A DNA stretch of 64,000 nucleotides from Candidatus Omnitrophota bacterium (GTDB lineage: Bacteria > Omnitrophota > Gorgyraeia > Zapsychrales > Zapsychraceae): contig JAJDCA010000014.1 in NCBI GenBank assembly GCA_029261055.1, positions 5,295 through 69,294 of the forward strand, in the 5' to 3' direction. Both the position numbers and the translations under genes were made by a program. Each line of letters starts with the position of its first letter. Position 1 is the first letter of the stretch. The notes below the pieces were generated by a model. It saw only the letters and a program-made list of their open reading frames with translations, made no database searches and was not told the DNA's origin. Shown in pieces: positions 42,500 to 52,498 of this stretch.

Positions 42500-43161
42500 T
42501 GGAAGGCATACTTATTCTGGATAAGCCGAGTGGAATGACATCACATGATGTTGTTCAGAAGGTGCGGAAGAAGTTTCATATGAAACGTGTCGGTCATGCT
42601 GGCACACTTGATCCTTTGGCGACGGGTGTTTTGGTGATTTTGATTGGAAAAGCCACTAAACTTATGGAGAAGTTTGTTGCCTTTGATAAAGCCTACCGGT
42701 CGACCCTGATTTTAGGACGAACAACCCGTTCAGCTGATATTCAAGGCGAGACACTTGAAGAGGCTCCGTATGACCATATTACAGAACAAGAAATTATTGA
42801 ATCGTTTAAATGTTTTGAAGGAGATATTGAACAAGTGCCTCCAATGGTTTCGGCCGTCAAAGTGAAGGGGAAAAAGTTGTATGAACTTGCGAGAAAGAAA
42901 ATAGTCATTGAGCGCAAACCTCGTCAAATACGCATTGATTGCCTAAAGGTATCTGAAATGGACATCCCTCATGTTAAATTTTATATGGAATGTTCTAAGG
43001 GGACCTATGTGCGTCAATTGGCGGACGATATTGGAAAGAAATTAGGATGCGGGGCATGTATTTCACAGATTGAGCGGACAAAAGTCGGTCCTTTTACGCT
43101 TGAAGAATCTGTTAATTTAGAGGATATCAATGAAAGTCATATACGGCATTGGACAGGTTAA
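42496..43161 (+). CDS. truB: tRNA pseudouridine(55) synthase
   Basis: GHAGTLDPLATGVL, PPMVSAVK..GKKLYELAR, CSKGTYVR. Confidence 0.95.
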   Translation: MMEGILILDKPSGMTSHDVVQKVRKKFHMKRVGHAGTLDPLATGVLVILIGKATKLMEKFVAFDKAYRSTLILGRTTRSADIQGETLEEAPYDHITEQEIIESFKCFEGDIEQVPPMVSAVKVKGKKLYELARKKIVIERKPRQIRIDCLKVSEMDIPHVKFYMECSKGTYVRQLADDIGKKLGCGACISQIERTKVGPFTLEESVNLEDINESHIRHWTG

Positions 43162-44074
43162 AAAGAAATTTAAGAATGCCGTTTTAGCGATCGGCGTTTT
43201 TGACGGTCTGCATATTGGGCATCAGGCTTTGATTAAAAAAGCTGTTGCCAGAGCCAAAGCGATTAAGGGACAAGCCCTTGTGATGACGTTTGCGCCTCAT
43301 CCGGTGCATGTTTTGCGCCCGGAAATTTTCCAGCCACTTATTACGCCAATGGACTATCGACTTAAACTTATTGAAGAGTTTGGTGCTGCCGCCTGTATTG
43401 TTGTACGTTTTACAAAACGATTTGCGCAACTCACGCCGCAGAAATTTATTCAACGGTATTTTATTGACCGCATTCAGCCTAAAGAAATTTTTGTCGGTAA
43501 TGATTTTCGTTTTGGTCACGGCCGGAGTGGTACGTTGGATTATTTTAGTAAGACGGCGAAGGATAACGGATTAAAAGTTAACCCTGTCGAGACAGTTCCT
43601 CTTAATGGGGAAAAAGGAAAAAAAATAGGCAGTACGCATATCCGGCATTTAATTCACGATGGAAAATTAGAAAATGTACACAAACTTTTGGGCCGTCCTT
43701 TTTCATTGATGGGCCATATCGTCCGGGGAGATAAGCGAGGTCAAACCTTGGGATATCCCACGGCTAATCTTCACCCGGATGTGTCCAAACAAATTTTACC
43801 TCCTTTAGGCGTTTATGCCGTTATTATCAGAATTGGCCAAAAGACTTACCACGGTATGGCTAATGTCGGCCGCAGACCATCGTTTAAAACACCCAAATCG
43901 GCCATCACCGTTGAAACGCATATTTTTGATTTTTCAAAAGACATTTACGGGCAGGAAATCATAGTGTTATTCTACAAAAAAATCCGCAACGAAAAGAAAT
44001 TCCCCTCAAAAGAATGTCTTATCCGGCAATTAAAAAAGGATGAGGTTGTAGCTCAAGAAATTTTCCTGATTTAG
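43130..44074 (+). CDS. ribF: riboflavin kinase/FAD synthetase
   Basis: GVFDGLHIGHQ, GRPFS, LGYPTAN, NVGRRPSF, ETHIFDF. Confidence 0.95.
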   Translation: MKVIYGIGQVKKKFKNAVLAIGVFDGLHIGHQALIKKAVARAKAIKGQALVMTFAPHPVHVLRPEIFQPLITPMDYRLKLIEEFGAAACIVVRFTKRFAQLTPQKFIQRYFIDRIQPKEIFVGNDFRFGHGRSGTLDYFSKTAKDNGLKVNPVETVPLNGEKGKKIGSTHIRHLIHDGKLENVHKLLGRPFSLMGHIVRGDKRGQTLGYPTANLHPDVSKQILPPLGVYAVIIRIGQKTYHGMANVGRRPSFKTPKSAITVETHIFDFSKDIYGQEIIVLFYKKIRNEKKFPSKECLIRQLKKDEVVAQEIFLI

Positions 44075-44190
44075 CAGTATTTTTACCCCACCATTTTTCA
44101 AATAAAGAATTCCATATGTAGTATTCTAAATAAAACTCACCACAATTTTTTGTATCTTGTTGAAATATAATATGTTTTCTTAAAAAATGA

Positions 44191-44253
44191 TTGACACTGT
44201 CCCATAGTATAGATATACTGTAGTTCGAAGTGGGGGGAAGTGGAGTGAAGTGG
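44191..44253 (+). promoter_or_regulatory. dcw promoter with three MraZ-type GTGG boxes
   Basis: TTGACA-17 bp-TATACT followed by GAAGTGG repeated at 10-bp period (GTGG at 44230, 44240, 44250). Confidence 0.85.
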
Positions 44254-44348
44254 TTTTAGTGTTATTCATCTTCTTTTCATCCTCAGAAGTACTCCTCTTT
44301 TGACCTCAAAGGGCACGATTAAAATTTTGGCTTACCAAAGGTATTGAT

Positions 44349-44786
44349 ATGTTTTACGGAGAATATAAACATAACCTCGATCGAAAAGGCCGATTGATTT
44401 TGCCGTCGAAATTCCGTGAAGTATGCCGGGAAAACATGGTAGAACGTTTTTTTCTGACACGTGGTTTGGATAAATGTATCTTTATGTTCAGCGAAGCCGA
44501 GTGGCGTATCCAGGAGCAAAAATTTAAAAATATGCCGTTTACAAAACAGGAAACACGAAATTTTAATCGTATGTTTTTTGCAGGAGCGGTGGACGTTAAT
44601 CCGGATAAACAAGGACGTTTTGTGATGCCTCCGTATCTGAAAGAATATGCGGATATTCAACGGGAGACAGTCGTGATTGGTGTTTCAAATAGAATAGAGA
44701 TTTGGAGTCAAAAAAAGTGGGAAGATTTTTATACAAATTCCAGCGATTCGTTTGAGCAGATTGCAGAGAATATGTTGACTTTGTAA
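44349..44786 (+). CDS. mraZ: transcriptional regulator MraZ
   Basis: MFYGEYKHNLDRKGRL, DKQGR, GVSNRIEIW. Confidence 0.95.
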   Translation: MFYGEYKHNLDRKGRLILPSKFREVCRENMVERFFLTRGLDKCIFMFSEAEWRIQEQKFKNMPFTKQETRNFNRMFFAGAVDVNPDKQGRFVMPPYLKEYADIQRETVVIGVSNRIEIWSQKKWEDFYTNSSDSFEQIAENMLTL

Positions 44787-44807
44787 ACATTTTATGGCGT
44801 GTAATTA

Positions 44808-45770
44808 ATGGCTAAAGGTAAAAAAAAGATGACCCCAGCGATAGAAGAACACATCGAAAATAAGATTGAAAAAACGCAGACGAATCACATTTCTGTGATG
44901 TCGAATGAAGTGGTTGAATATTTACGGCCGCAGGAGGGTGAGGTTTTTGTCGATGGAACGCTTGGTATGGGTGGGCATGCTGAGGAAATTCTTAAGCATC
45001 TTGGGTCAAAGGGGCGATTGATCGGCATTGACCGTGATGCAGCGTCATTGGCTGTGGCCAAAGAGCATTTGCAAGCCTATCATGATCAATGCCTATTTAT
45101 TCATGAAGATTATAGAAATATCAATAAAGTTTTAGAAGGATTGAGCACTCCATCTGTGGATGGCATACTTTTGGATTTGGGGCTTTCCAGTTTTCAGTTA
45201 GATAATCCTGAACGTGGTTTTAGTGTGCGGGCCGAAGGGCCTTTAGATATGCGTATGGATCAAAACAGTCATATTTCAGCGTATGATTTAATTAATTCGC
45301 TTTCTGAAAGAGAAATTAGTTCAATTCTCAAGGATTTTGGAGAGGAGCGTTGGCATAAGGCTATTGCGCGTCGTATTGTTTGGCAACGTGCTAAGGAACC
45401 GATTGAAACAACAAAGGATTTAAGTCGGGCTGTGTTGCAGGCCATTCCTATGCAAAGAAAACGAAAATCTGAACGCATTCACCCTGCGACACGGACATTT
45501 CAGGCTTTCCGTATTGCCGTCAATAGAGAATTAGAATCATTAGAAATTGCTTTAGAAACATGTAAGAGTTTCTTGAAAGTGGGAGGGCGATTGGGCGTGA
45601 TAGCTTTTCATTCTCTTGAAGATAGAATTGTGAAACATAAGTTTCGGGCTTGGGCCAAAGAAAAGAATTTTCGTTTAAGCATGCAAAAACCATTACGTCC
45701 AACCGAAGAAGAAATTAAACAAAATTCGCGTGCCAGAAGTGCACGGTTAAGAGTTATAGAGCGTATTTAG
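44808..45770 (+). CDS. rsmH: 16S rRNA m4C1402 methyltransferase
   Basis: DGTLGMGGHA, DLGLSSFQLD, HPATRTFQAFRIAVN, FHSLEDRIVK. Confidence 0.96.
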   Translation: MAKGKKKMTPAIEEHIENKIEKTQTNHISVMSNEVVEYLRPQEGEVFVDGTLGMGGHAEEILKHLGSKGRLIGIDRDAASLAVAKEHLQAYHDQCLFIHEDYRNINKVLEGLSTPSVDGILLDLGLSSFQLDNPERGFSVRAEGPLDMRMDQNSHISAYDLINSLSEREISSILKDFGEERWHKAIARRIVWQRAKEPIETTKDLSRAVLQAIPMQRKRKSERIHPATRTFQAFRIAVNRELESLEIALETCKSFLKVGGRLGVIAFHSLEDRIVKHKFRAWAKEKNFRLSMQKPLRPTEEEIKQNSRARSARLRVIERI

Positions 45771-45781
45771 GAGCAGTTAAA

Positions 45782-46165
45782 ATGTCATTAGGAAAGTTTT
45801 TTAAATTTGTCGGTTTAGCCACACTTTTAAGTCTGGTGTATATCCATATGCAGATGCAGATTATCGATATGGCCTATAAAGGGCGTGCTAAAGAACATGA
45901 TATTCGAAAGCTTATTGAAGAAAATGGCAATACGACCTATACGATTTTATCGCTGAAATCTGCGAATAATTTAGGTATTCAAATTCTTTCTGAAGATTCC
46001 GACATGCAGTTTGCTGATCCTGATGATATTGTGAGACTCAATGCGCCTGATAAAATTTTTGGTATTGATCAGCTTTCAAAAAAATCTCAACCTGAAACAA
46101 AATCTAATCCTTTGTTATCATTCTTATCTTTTGAGACCCTCGCAGAGGCAAGAGATAAAGAATAA
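45782..46165 (+). CDS. FtsL-like cell division protein (by position and topology)
   Basis: N-terminal TM plus short coiled coil, between rsmH and ftsI. Confidence 0.55.
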   Translation: MSLGKFFKFVGLATLLSLVYIHMQMQIIDMAYKGRAKEHDIRKLIEENGNTTYTILSLKSANNLGIQILSEDSDMQFADPDDIVRLNAPDKIFGIDQLSKKSQPETKSNPLLSFLSFETLAEARDKE

Positions 46166-46176
46166 GAGCAAGACGT

Positions 46177-47856
46177 GTGCAAATTCGTAAATATCCCCTT
46201 CGATCTAGTGTTATCATTATCGGTTTTATTGCCTGCCTGATTTTCTTTTCTGTTAAATTGGTTCTTATCCAGATTTTTCGTTCTTCTTATTTAGCTGATC
46301 TTGCGGAAAAACAGCATAGTTATTTTGTCGAATTAGAGTCTGTCCGCGGCAGTATTTATGATCGGAATTTACGCCCATTGGCTTTTAACGTGGCCGTGTA
46401 TTCTTTATTTGCTAATCCCAGAATAATGTCGGATGCAGATAAGGAAAAGGCCCTTCAATATCTTCCCGGCTTACTTAATTTGGAAACGGCTCTTATTCAG
46501 AAGCGTCTGAGTAGGAAAAAATATTTTGTTTGGATTAAGCGAAAATTGACATCTGAATTAGTCGAAACCATCAAACAATTAAAAATTAATGGTCTTGATT
46601 TTCGTAAAGAGAGTAAACGATTTTATCCAAACGGATATTTAGCGGCCCATATTATAGGATTTGCCGGGACGGATAATCAAGGTTTGGAAGGGTTGGAGTT
46701 GTCGTATAACAGAGAATTAAAGGGGCAGTCGGGACGTATGCAGGTTTACCGTGATGCACGGCAGAAAGGGCTGATGTTGGGCAATCATTACATTCCCCCT
46801 CAGGATGGTCACCATCTTATTTTAACGATCGATGAAACGGTCCAGTATGTGGCTGAACGGGCCCTTGAAAAAGGAATGAAAAAACATAACGCCAAGTCCG
46901 CTAGTATTATCGTTATGGATATTAAAACGGGAGAAATTCTGGCGCTTGCCAATAGGCCGACTTACAATTTGGGGGAAGTGGCCAAAAGCGATATCGGGAG
47001 TCGGACAAACAGGGCGATTAGTTTTGTTTATGAGCCGGGATCGGTTTTCAAGATTGTGGCAGCAGCCGCGGCTCTCGAAGAAGAAAAGTTTATTGAAACA
47101 GATACGATTTTCTGTGAAAATGGAGAATATAAAGTAGGCAATCATATTTTGCATGATCATCATCCGCAGGGTAAATTGACATTTCGGGAGGTTTTTGAGA
47201 AATCAAGTAATATCGGTGTTACAAAAATTTCTCAGAAGTTAGGTCCAAATAAAATATATAAATATGGAAAGAGATTTAATTTTGGCAATAAAACGGGGAT
47301 TGATCTTAAGGGGGAAGTTTCTGGCCATTTAAAACATCCATCCCGATGGTCAAAGACATCCATAGGGGCTATTCCGATAGGTCAAGAAGTCATTGTTACG
47401 CCTCTTCAGTTAGCATCGGCTATTTCAGCCGTGGCGAATAACGGGCTTTACATGAAGCCATTTGTGGTAAAATATATTAAAGATCAGCATGATCAGGTGA
47501 TTAAGTCTTTTTCCCCGAAGATTATTGACCGTGTGATTAGTCCGGACACAGCCAGGAGGGTTAAAGAAATTCTAGCTGGCGTCGTTGAAAGCGGAACGGG
47601 AAAAAGGGCTCAGATTAAAGGAATACGCGTGGCTGGTAAAACAGGCACAGCTCAAAAAGTTGAAAATAAACGGTATTCACACACCAAATTTTATGCCAGT
47701 TTTATAGGTTTTGCACCTGTAGATAATCCGCGTATTGCCGCTGTTGTGGTGTATGATGAGCCTCATCCTAGTCATTACGGTGGTACCGTTGCTGCTCCGG
47801 TATTTCAGGAAGTGGTGGAAAGTGCATTGAAATATTTGGGAAGTTTGGAGAGATAG
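46177..47856 (+). CDS. ftsI: penicillin-binding protein FtsI
   Basis: RGSIYDRN, EPGSVFK (SxxK), SSN, KTGTAQK. Confidence 0.93.
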   Translation: MQIRKYPLRSSVIIIGFIACLIFFSVKLVLIQIFRSSYLADLAEKQHSYFVELESVRGSIYDRNLRPLAFNVAVYSLFANPRIMSDADKEKALQYLPGLLNLETALIQKRLSRKKYFVWIKRKLTSELVETIKQLKINGLDFRKESKRFYPNGYLAAHIIGFAGTDNQGLEGLELSYNRELKGQSGRMQVYRDARQKGLMLGNHYIPPQDGHHLILTIDETVQYVAERALEKGMKKHNAKSASIIVMDIKTGEILALANRPTYNLGEVAKSDIGSRTNRAISFVYEPGSVFKIVAAAAALEEEKFIETDTIFCENGEYKVGNHILHDHHPQGKLTFREVFEKSSNIGVTKISQKLGPNKIYKYGKRFNFGNKTGIDLKGEVSGHLKHPSRWSKTSIGAIPIGQEVIVTPLQLASAISAVANNGLYMKPFVVKYIKDQHDQVIKSFSPKIIDRVISPDTARRVKEILAGVVESGTGKRAQIKGIRVAGKTGTAQKVENKRYSHTKFYASFIGFAPVDNPRIAAVVVYDEPHPSHYGGTVAAPVFQEVVESALKYLGSLER

Positions 47857-47865
47857 ATTTTTATT

Positions 47866-47900
47866 AGAGAAGCAAGAAGTAAAGAATCAAGATGCAGAGA
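47866..47900. repeat. single arm of AAGAnGC heptamer repeat
   Basis: AGAGAAGC AAGAAGT AAAGAATC AAGATGC AGAGA, similar to 20464..20497. Confidence 0.55.
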
Positions 47901-47926
47901 GATAATAGATATAATTTGAGGAGAAA

Positions 47927-48286
47927 ATGCTAATGCAAAGAAATGTTATTTTTCATAATCCACGCTGTAGTAAAAGCCGGCAAACACTTCATTTTTTGGA
48001 AGAAAGAAATGTTGATATCGAGGTTGTTGAATATTTGAAGACACCACCATCTAAAGAAGAGTTGCAATTTATTTGTTCTAGATTAGATAAGAGACCTATT
48101 GAATTGATGAGAGTTAAAGAAAATCTTTTTAAGGAGTTAGGTTTGTCTATTGAAGATCCACGTTCTGATGAAGAGTGGATTGATATTTTATGTAAAAATC
48201 CGGCTCTTATTGAGCGTCCGATTGTTGTTTATAATCAAAAAGTTGCTCTAGGCCGCCCGCCCGAGGATGTGTTGGAGATAATTTAG
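47927..48286 (+). CDS. arsC: ArsC-family (glutaredoxin-type) arsenate reductase-like protein
   Basis: HNPRCSKSR, YLKTPP, LIERPIV, LGRPPE. Confidence 0.88.
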   Translation: MLMQRNVIFHNPRCSKSRQTLHFLEERNVDIEVVEYLKTPPSKEELQFICSRLDKRPIELMRVKENLFKELGLSIEDPRSDEEWIDILCKNPALIERPIVVYNQKVALGRPPEDVLEII

Positions 48287-48289
48287 AGT

Positions 48290-49744
48290 ATGTATTTGGA
48301 GGCATTATTAAAGGGTATTTATCCGCATGAATTAAATGAGGCTTATCGACAGACGGATATTGCAGGCATTTATTGTGATTCACGGCGCGTTAAGACAAAT
48401 AGTCTTTTTGTGGCGACGAAAGGATCATCGTCTGATGGGGCCAATTTTATTAATCAAGCGATTGATAATGGAGCTTCTGTAGTCGTTTCGCATAAGCCAA
48501 GAGATAAATATTGTATTGAAAAAAAAGTTTGTTATCTCACCGTTGAAGATGCGTCTCAGTTTTTACGTGATGTCGCTAAACGGTTTTATGGGCAACCTTC
48601 TGAAAAAGTCTGCACAATCGGTATTACCGGAACTAATGGTAAGACCACCGTCGCTTATCTTATTGAATCTATTTTACATCAGGCCAAAAAAATATGTGGT
48701 GTTATTGGAACGGTGAATCACCGTATTGGGTCAAGAATCTTTCCATCCAAAAATACAACGCCGGGATTTCTTGATAATCAGGAGTTTTTAGCTTCTTTAG
48801 TTGAGCAAAATATCGATTATTGCGTTATGGAGGTGTCTTCGCATGCATTAGATCAGGGGCGTGTGGATGGTATTGATTTTAAACAAGCCGTATTTACAAA
48901 TTTGTCGCATGAACATTTGGATTACCATGAAAATCATGAAAATTATTTTGAAGCCAAATCTAAACTGTTTACCGGGTTGTCTTCCACGTCTGTAGCGGCT
49001 GTTAATAATGATGATCCTTACGGGCAGAGGCTTATTCCACAAATTTCTTCCGGTATTAAGACGTATGGCATTGGCCGTCCAGCTGATATTATGGCCAAAG
49101 ATATTCAATTACATATTAACGGATCCCAGTTTCAATTATGCACCCCTGACGGGAATGTGCCTGTCCATACAGCGTTGATGGGGATGTATAATATTTATAA
49201 TATTCTCGCGGCTGTAAGTGTTTGTTTGAACGAAGGGATCCCTTTAAACGAAATTAAAGAAGGGATAGAGAAATTGTCTTGTGTGCCTGGCCGTTTGGAG
49301 AGAGTGGATTGCGGGCAGGATTTCGCTATTTTTATCGATTATGCCCACACAGAAGATGCTCTTGTAAATGTTTTGCAGGCGATTAAAGATATTTCTAAAG
49401 GCAGGCTCATTTTAGTTTTTGGATGTGGTGGTGATCGAGATAAAACAAAACGACCTTTGATGGGTCGTGTGGCCGGTCAGTTAGCAGATATATCCATTGT
49501 CACCAGCGATAATCCCCGTAATGAGGATCCACAGAGTATTATTGATCAAGTAGTAGAGGGGTTTGAAGGGGATAATTACGTTTCTATTCTAGATCGCAAA
49601 GAAGCGATACGTAAAGCTCTAGGGATGGCTCTGCAAGATGATGTTGTTCTTCTGGCTGGTAAAGGACATGAGGATTATCAAATCATTCGGGGAAAGAAAG
49701 GGGCCTTTAATGAACGGCTGGTTATTGAAGAAATATTAAAGTAA
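48290..49744 (+). CDS. murE: UDP-MurNAc-tripeptide synthetase (mDAP type)
   Basis: GITGTNGKTT, MEVSSHALDQ, DYAHT, FGCGGDRD, SDNPR. Confidence 0.96.
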   Translation: MYLEALLKGIYPHELNEAYRQTDIAGIYCDSRRVKTNSLFVATKGSSSDGANFINQAIDNGASVVVSHKPRDKYCIEKKVCYLTVEDASQFLRDVAKRFYGQPSEKVCTIGITGTNGKTTVAYLIESILHQAKKICGVIGTVNHRIGSRIFPSKNTTPGFLDNQEFLASLVEQNIDYCVMEVSSHALDQGRVDGIDFKQAVFTNLSHEHLDYHENHENYFEAKSKLFTGLSSTSVAAVNNDDPYGQRLIPQISSGIKTYGIGRPADIMAKDIQLHINGSQFQLCTPDGNVPVHTALMGMYNIYNILAAVSVCLNEGIPLNEIKEGIEKLSCVPGRLERVDCGQDFAIFIDYAHTEDALVNVLQAIKDISKGRLILVFGCGGDRDKTKRPLMGRVAGQLADISIVTSDNPRNEDPQSIIDQVVEGFEGDNYVSILDRKEAIRKALGMALQDDVVLLAGKGHEDYQIIRGKKGAFNERLVIEEILK

Positions 49745-49853
49745 GTTAACCCAACTTTACAAGAATTGATGGTTTTTTGGACTAATCAATAAATGGCAAA
49801 AATTTAAAGACGTACGGAAGAGCCTGAGGCTTGGAAATGAGAAAGAGGAATAT

Positions 49854-51863
49854 ATGACGATTAATTTTAAAGAACGAGCCAATTTTATCTGGAGTATTGC
49901 TGATCTCCTGCGCGGTGATTATAAGCAGTCAGAATATGGCCGGGTGATTTTGCCTTTAACAGTTTTACGGCGGCTTGATTGCGTGCTTGATCCAACCAAA
50001 GCGAAAGTTTTAGATGCCCTTCCTAAAGTTAAGAAGTTTTCTCCAACAGCCGCAGAGGAAGTGCTGAAACGTAAAGCAAAATTGTCCTTTTATAATAAAA
50101 GTAAATTTGATTTCCAAAGGCTAGCGGCGGATCCCAATGATATTGCCGCTAATTTACGTAATTACCTGAACGGGTTTTCCAGGAATGCACGTACCATTCT
50201 GGAGCATTTTAATTTTATTGAGCATATTGAACGTTTGGATAAATCTAATCTCCTTTACAAAATTGTCAAACGCTTTGCGGAAATCGATCTTCACCCGGAT
50301 AAAGTTAAGAATATTGAAATGGGTTATATTTTTGAGGAGCTTATCAGAAAATTTGCTGAAATATCCAATGAGACAGCCGGGGAGCATTTTACACCACGGG
50401 AAGTTATTCGTCTGATGGTCAACGTTTTATTTTTAAATGACAAAGACGTTTTGACTAAAAAAGGGATTGTTAAAACCATTTATGATCCGGCCTGCGGAAC
50501 AGGCGGGATGCTTTCGACGGCAGAGGAATATTTACTTGAGTTAAACCCTGACGCAGATTTACGTGTGTTTGGTCAGGAAATTAATCCTGAAACTTATGCT
50601 GTTTGCAATTCTGATATTCTTATTAAAGGGCAGAATGCCGATCAAATTAAATTTGGCAATTCATTTACTCAAGACGGGTTAAAAGATGAAAAGTTTGACT
50701 ACATGCTAAGCAATCCTCCGTTTGGTGTCGAGTGGAAAAAGGTTGAGGCCGAAATTAGGAAAGAACATGACAAACTTGGGTTTACCGGCCGGTTCGGTGC
50801 AGGTTTGCCGCGTATTAGTGATGGTTCATTTTTGTTTTTACAGCATATGATTTCTAAAATGCGCTCTGCAAATGGCGGAGCGCGTTTAGGCATTGTTTTT
50901 AACGGTTCACCGCTTTTTTCAGGTGGTGCCGGCAGCGGCGAGAGTGAAATTCGAAGATGGATTATTGAAAACGATATGCTCGAAGCGATTATTGCTCTGC
51001 CTAATCAACTTTTTTATAACACAGGCATTGCGACGTATATTTGGATTGTGACAAATCGTAAAGAAAAAAAGCGTAAAGGAAAGATTCAATTGATCAACGC
51101 CGCGTCTTTTTTTCAGAAGATGTCGAGAAGCCTTGGCAATAAACGTAATGAAATCGGAGACAAACACATTGCAGAGATTACGCGGATTTATGGGAATTTT
51201 AAAAAAGGAGAGTTCTGCAAAATATTCGATAATAACTATTTCGGTTACACACGGGTGACCGTTGAGCGTCCGCTTAAGTTGAATTTTATGGCAATCCCAG
51301 AAAGAATCGCACGACTGGAGAATGAATCGGTATTTAAGAATTTAGCGAAATCAAAGAAAAAGGGTAATAAGGCATTAACAGAAAATGAAACAGGAGAAAA
51401 ATATCAAAAATTGATTAAAGATGCACTTGGATCCTTGAATGCCAAAAAAATATATAAAAACCGTGAGAAATTTATTGATGATTTGAAATCAGCGTTTGAG
51501 AAAAATGGGGATAATGTCAAGTCTCCGATTATCAAAATGATCATTAAAGCCCTCAGCGAGCGGGATGAAACAGCGGACGTATGTCTTGATGCCAAAGGCA
51601 ATTCCGAACCCGATTCAGAACAACGCGATTATGAAAACGTGCCTTTGCAGGATGATATTGAAAAATATTTTAAGCGGGAAGTTCTACCGCATGTTCCGGA
51701 CGCGTGGATGGATCGAAGCAAAGATAAAGTCGGATACGAAATCAATTTTACTAAGGAATTTTATAAATACAAACCTCTGCGAAGTCTTGAAGAAATTCGT
51801 AAGGATATTCTGGCTCTTGAGAAAGAGACAGAAGGGCTTTTGGAGGAAGTATTACATGGATAA
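49854..51863 (+). CDS. hsdM: type I R-M methyltransferase subunit
   Basis: GEHFTPREV, YDPACGTGGML, SNPPFG. Confidence 0.95.
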   Translation: MTINFKERANFIWSIADLLRGDYKQSEYGRVILPLTVLRRLDCVLDPTKAKVLDALPKVKKFSPTAAEEVLKRKAKLSFYNKSKFDFQRLAADPNDIAANLRNYLNGFSRNARTILEHFNFIEHIERLDKSNLLYKIVKRFAEIDLHPDKVKNIEMGYIFEELIRKFAEISNETAGEHFTPREVIRLMVNVLFLNDKDVLTKKGIVKTIYDPACGTGGMLSTAEEYLLELNPDADLRVFGQEINPETYAVCNSDILIKGQNADQIKFGNSFTQDGLKDEKFDYMLSNPPFGVEWKKVEAEIRKEHDKLGFTGRFGAGLPRISDGSFLFLQHMISKMRSANGGARLGIVFNGSPLFSGGAGSGESEIRRWIIENDMLEAIIALPNQLFYNTGIATYIWIVTNRKEKKRKGKIQLINAASFFQKMSRSLGNKRNEIGDKHIAEITRIYGNFKKGEFCKIFDNNYFGYTRVTVERPLKLNFMAIPERIARLENESVFKNLAKSKKKGNKALTENETGEKYQKLIKDALGSLNAKKIYKNREKFIDDLKSAFEKNGDNVKSPIIKMIIKALSERDETADVCLDAKGNSEPDSEQRDYENVPLQDDIEKYFKREVLPHVPDAWMDRSKDKVGYEINFTKEFYKYKPLRSLEEIRKDILALEKETEGLLEEVLHG

Positions 51864-52494
51864 CGGGAGCGGTAAACAACAAAATAAAAATTGGTTTGGT
51901 CAAAATTGGATAGCTTTAATTGCGCTTTTAATCTCAATTTTCTCGGTTTTTTATACCCATTTGAATTATGGCCTTCAGACTAAGTTATCTCATTTGCAGA
52001 TAAAACCAATGATAAAAACGTATTTTGATTTGCCTGTTGATAAAAATCCTATTTTTGTTGTGGCTAATGAAGGTAGTGTCCCAGCAGTATCTCTTAGCTG
52101 TGGTTATTATGTTTTCACATTTAATAAGAATCAGAAAAAAGTTGTGGTGGCAGGTAAGGCAGGACGAGTTTTTAGCCCAGGAGTGATATATAAAGAACTT
52201 TTTAACCCAACAGACTACGAATCAATGGAGTTGGTCGGAGTATCATCTGCCGAGAATACTCTTGTAATTTATCAATTTGATTTAATTTATTTTCGTAAAC
52301 AAGATATGGATGAATATTCAAGAAGGGAATATTATTTTGTAGATAATGGGCGTTTATTATCGCATTCGGAATATCGTTTGGATCCATTGTATCGTGATGT
52401 AATGTATCAGATTTCTCAGACAATTATTCCTGATTCTCAGTGGGATTCGGGTGCTTTGAGACAATATTTAGAAAATCAATCTGAATTTAAATGA
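51856..52494 (+). CDS. hypothetical membrane-anchored protein inserted between hsdM and hsdS
   Basis: ATG 51856 overlaps hsdM stop region; single N-terminal TM WIALIALLISIFSVFY. Confidence 0.7.
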   Translation: MDNGSGKQQNKNWFGQNWIALIALLISIFSVFYTHLNYGLQTKLSHLQIKPMIKTYFDLPVDKNPIFVVANEGSVPAVSLSCGYYVFTFNKNQKKVVVAGKAGRVFSPGVIYKELFNPTDYESMELVGVSSAENTLVIYQFDLIYFRKQDMDEYSRREYYFVDNGRLLSHSEYRLDPLYRDVMYQISQTIIPDSQWDSGALRQYLENQSEFK

Positions 52495-52498
52495 AAGT

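Noticed and set aside
51565-51855. 309-aa ORF or frameshift fusion with hsdM
   Set aside because: The upstream part is an alternate frame of the intact hsdM C-terminus; ATG 51856 gives a sensible TM-led protein
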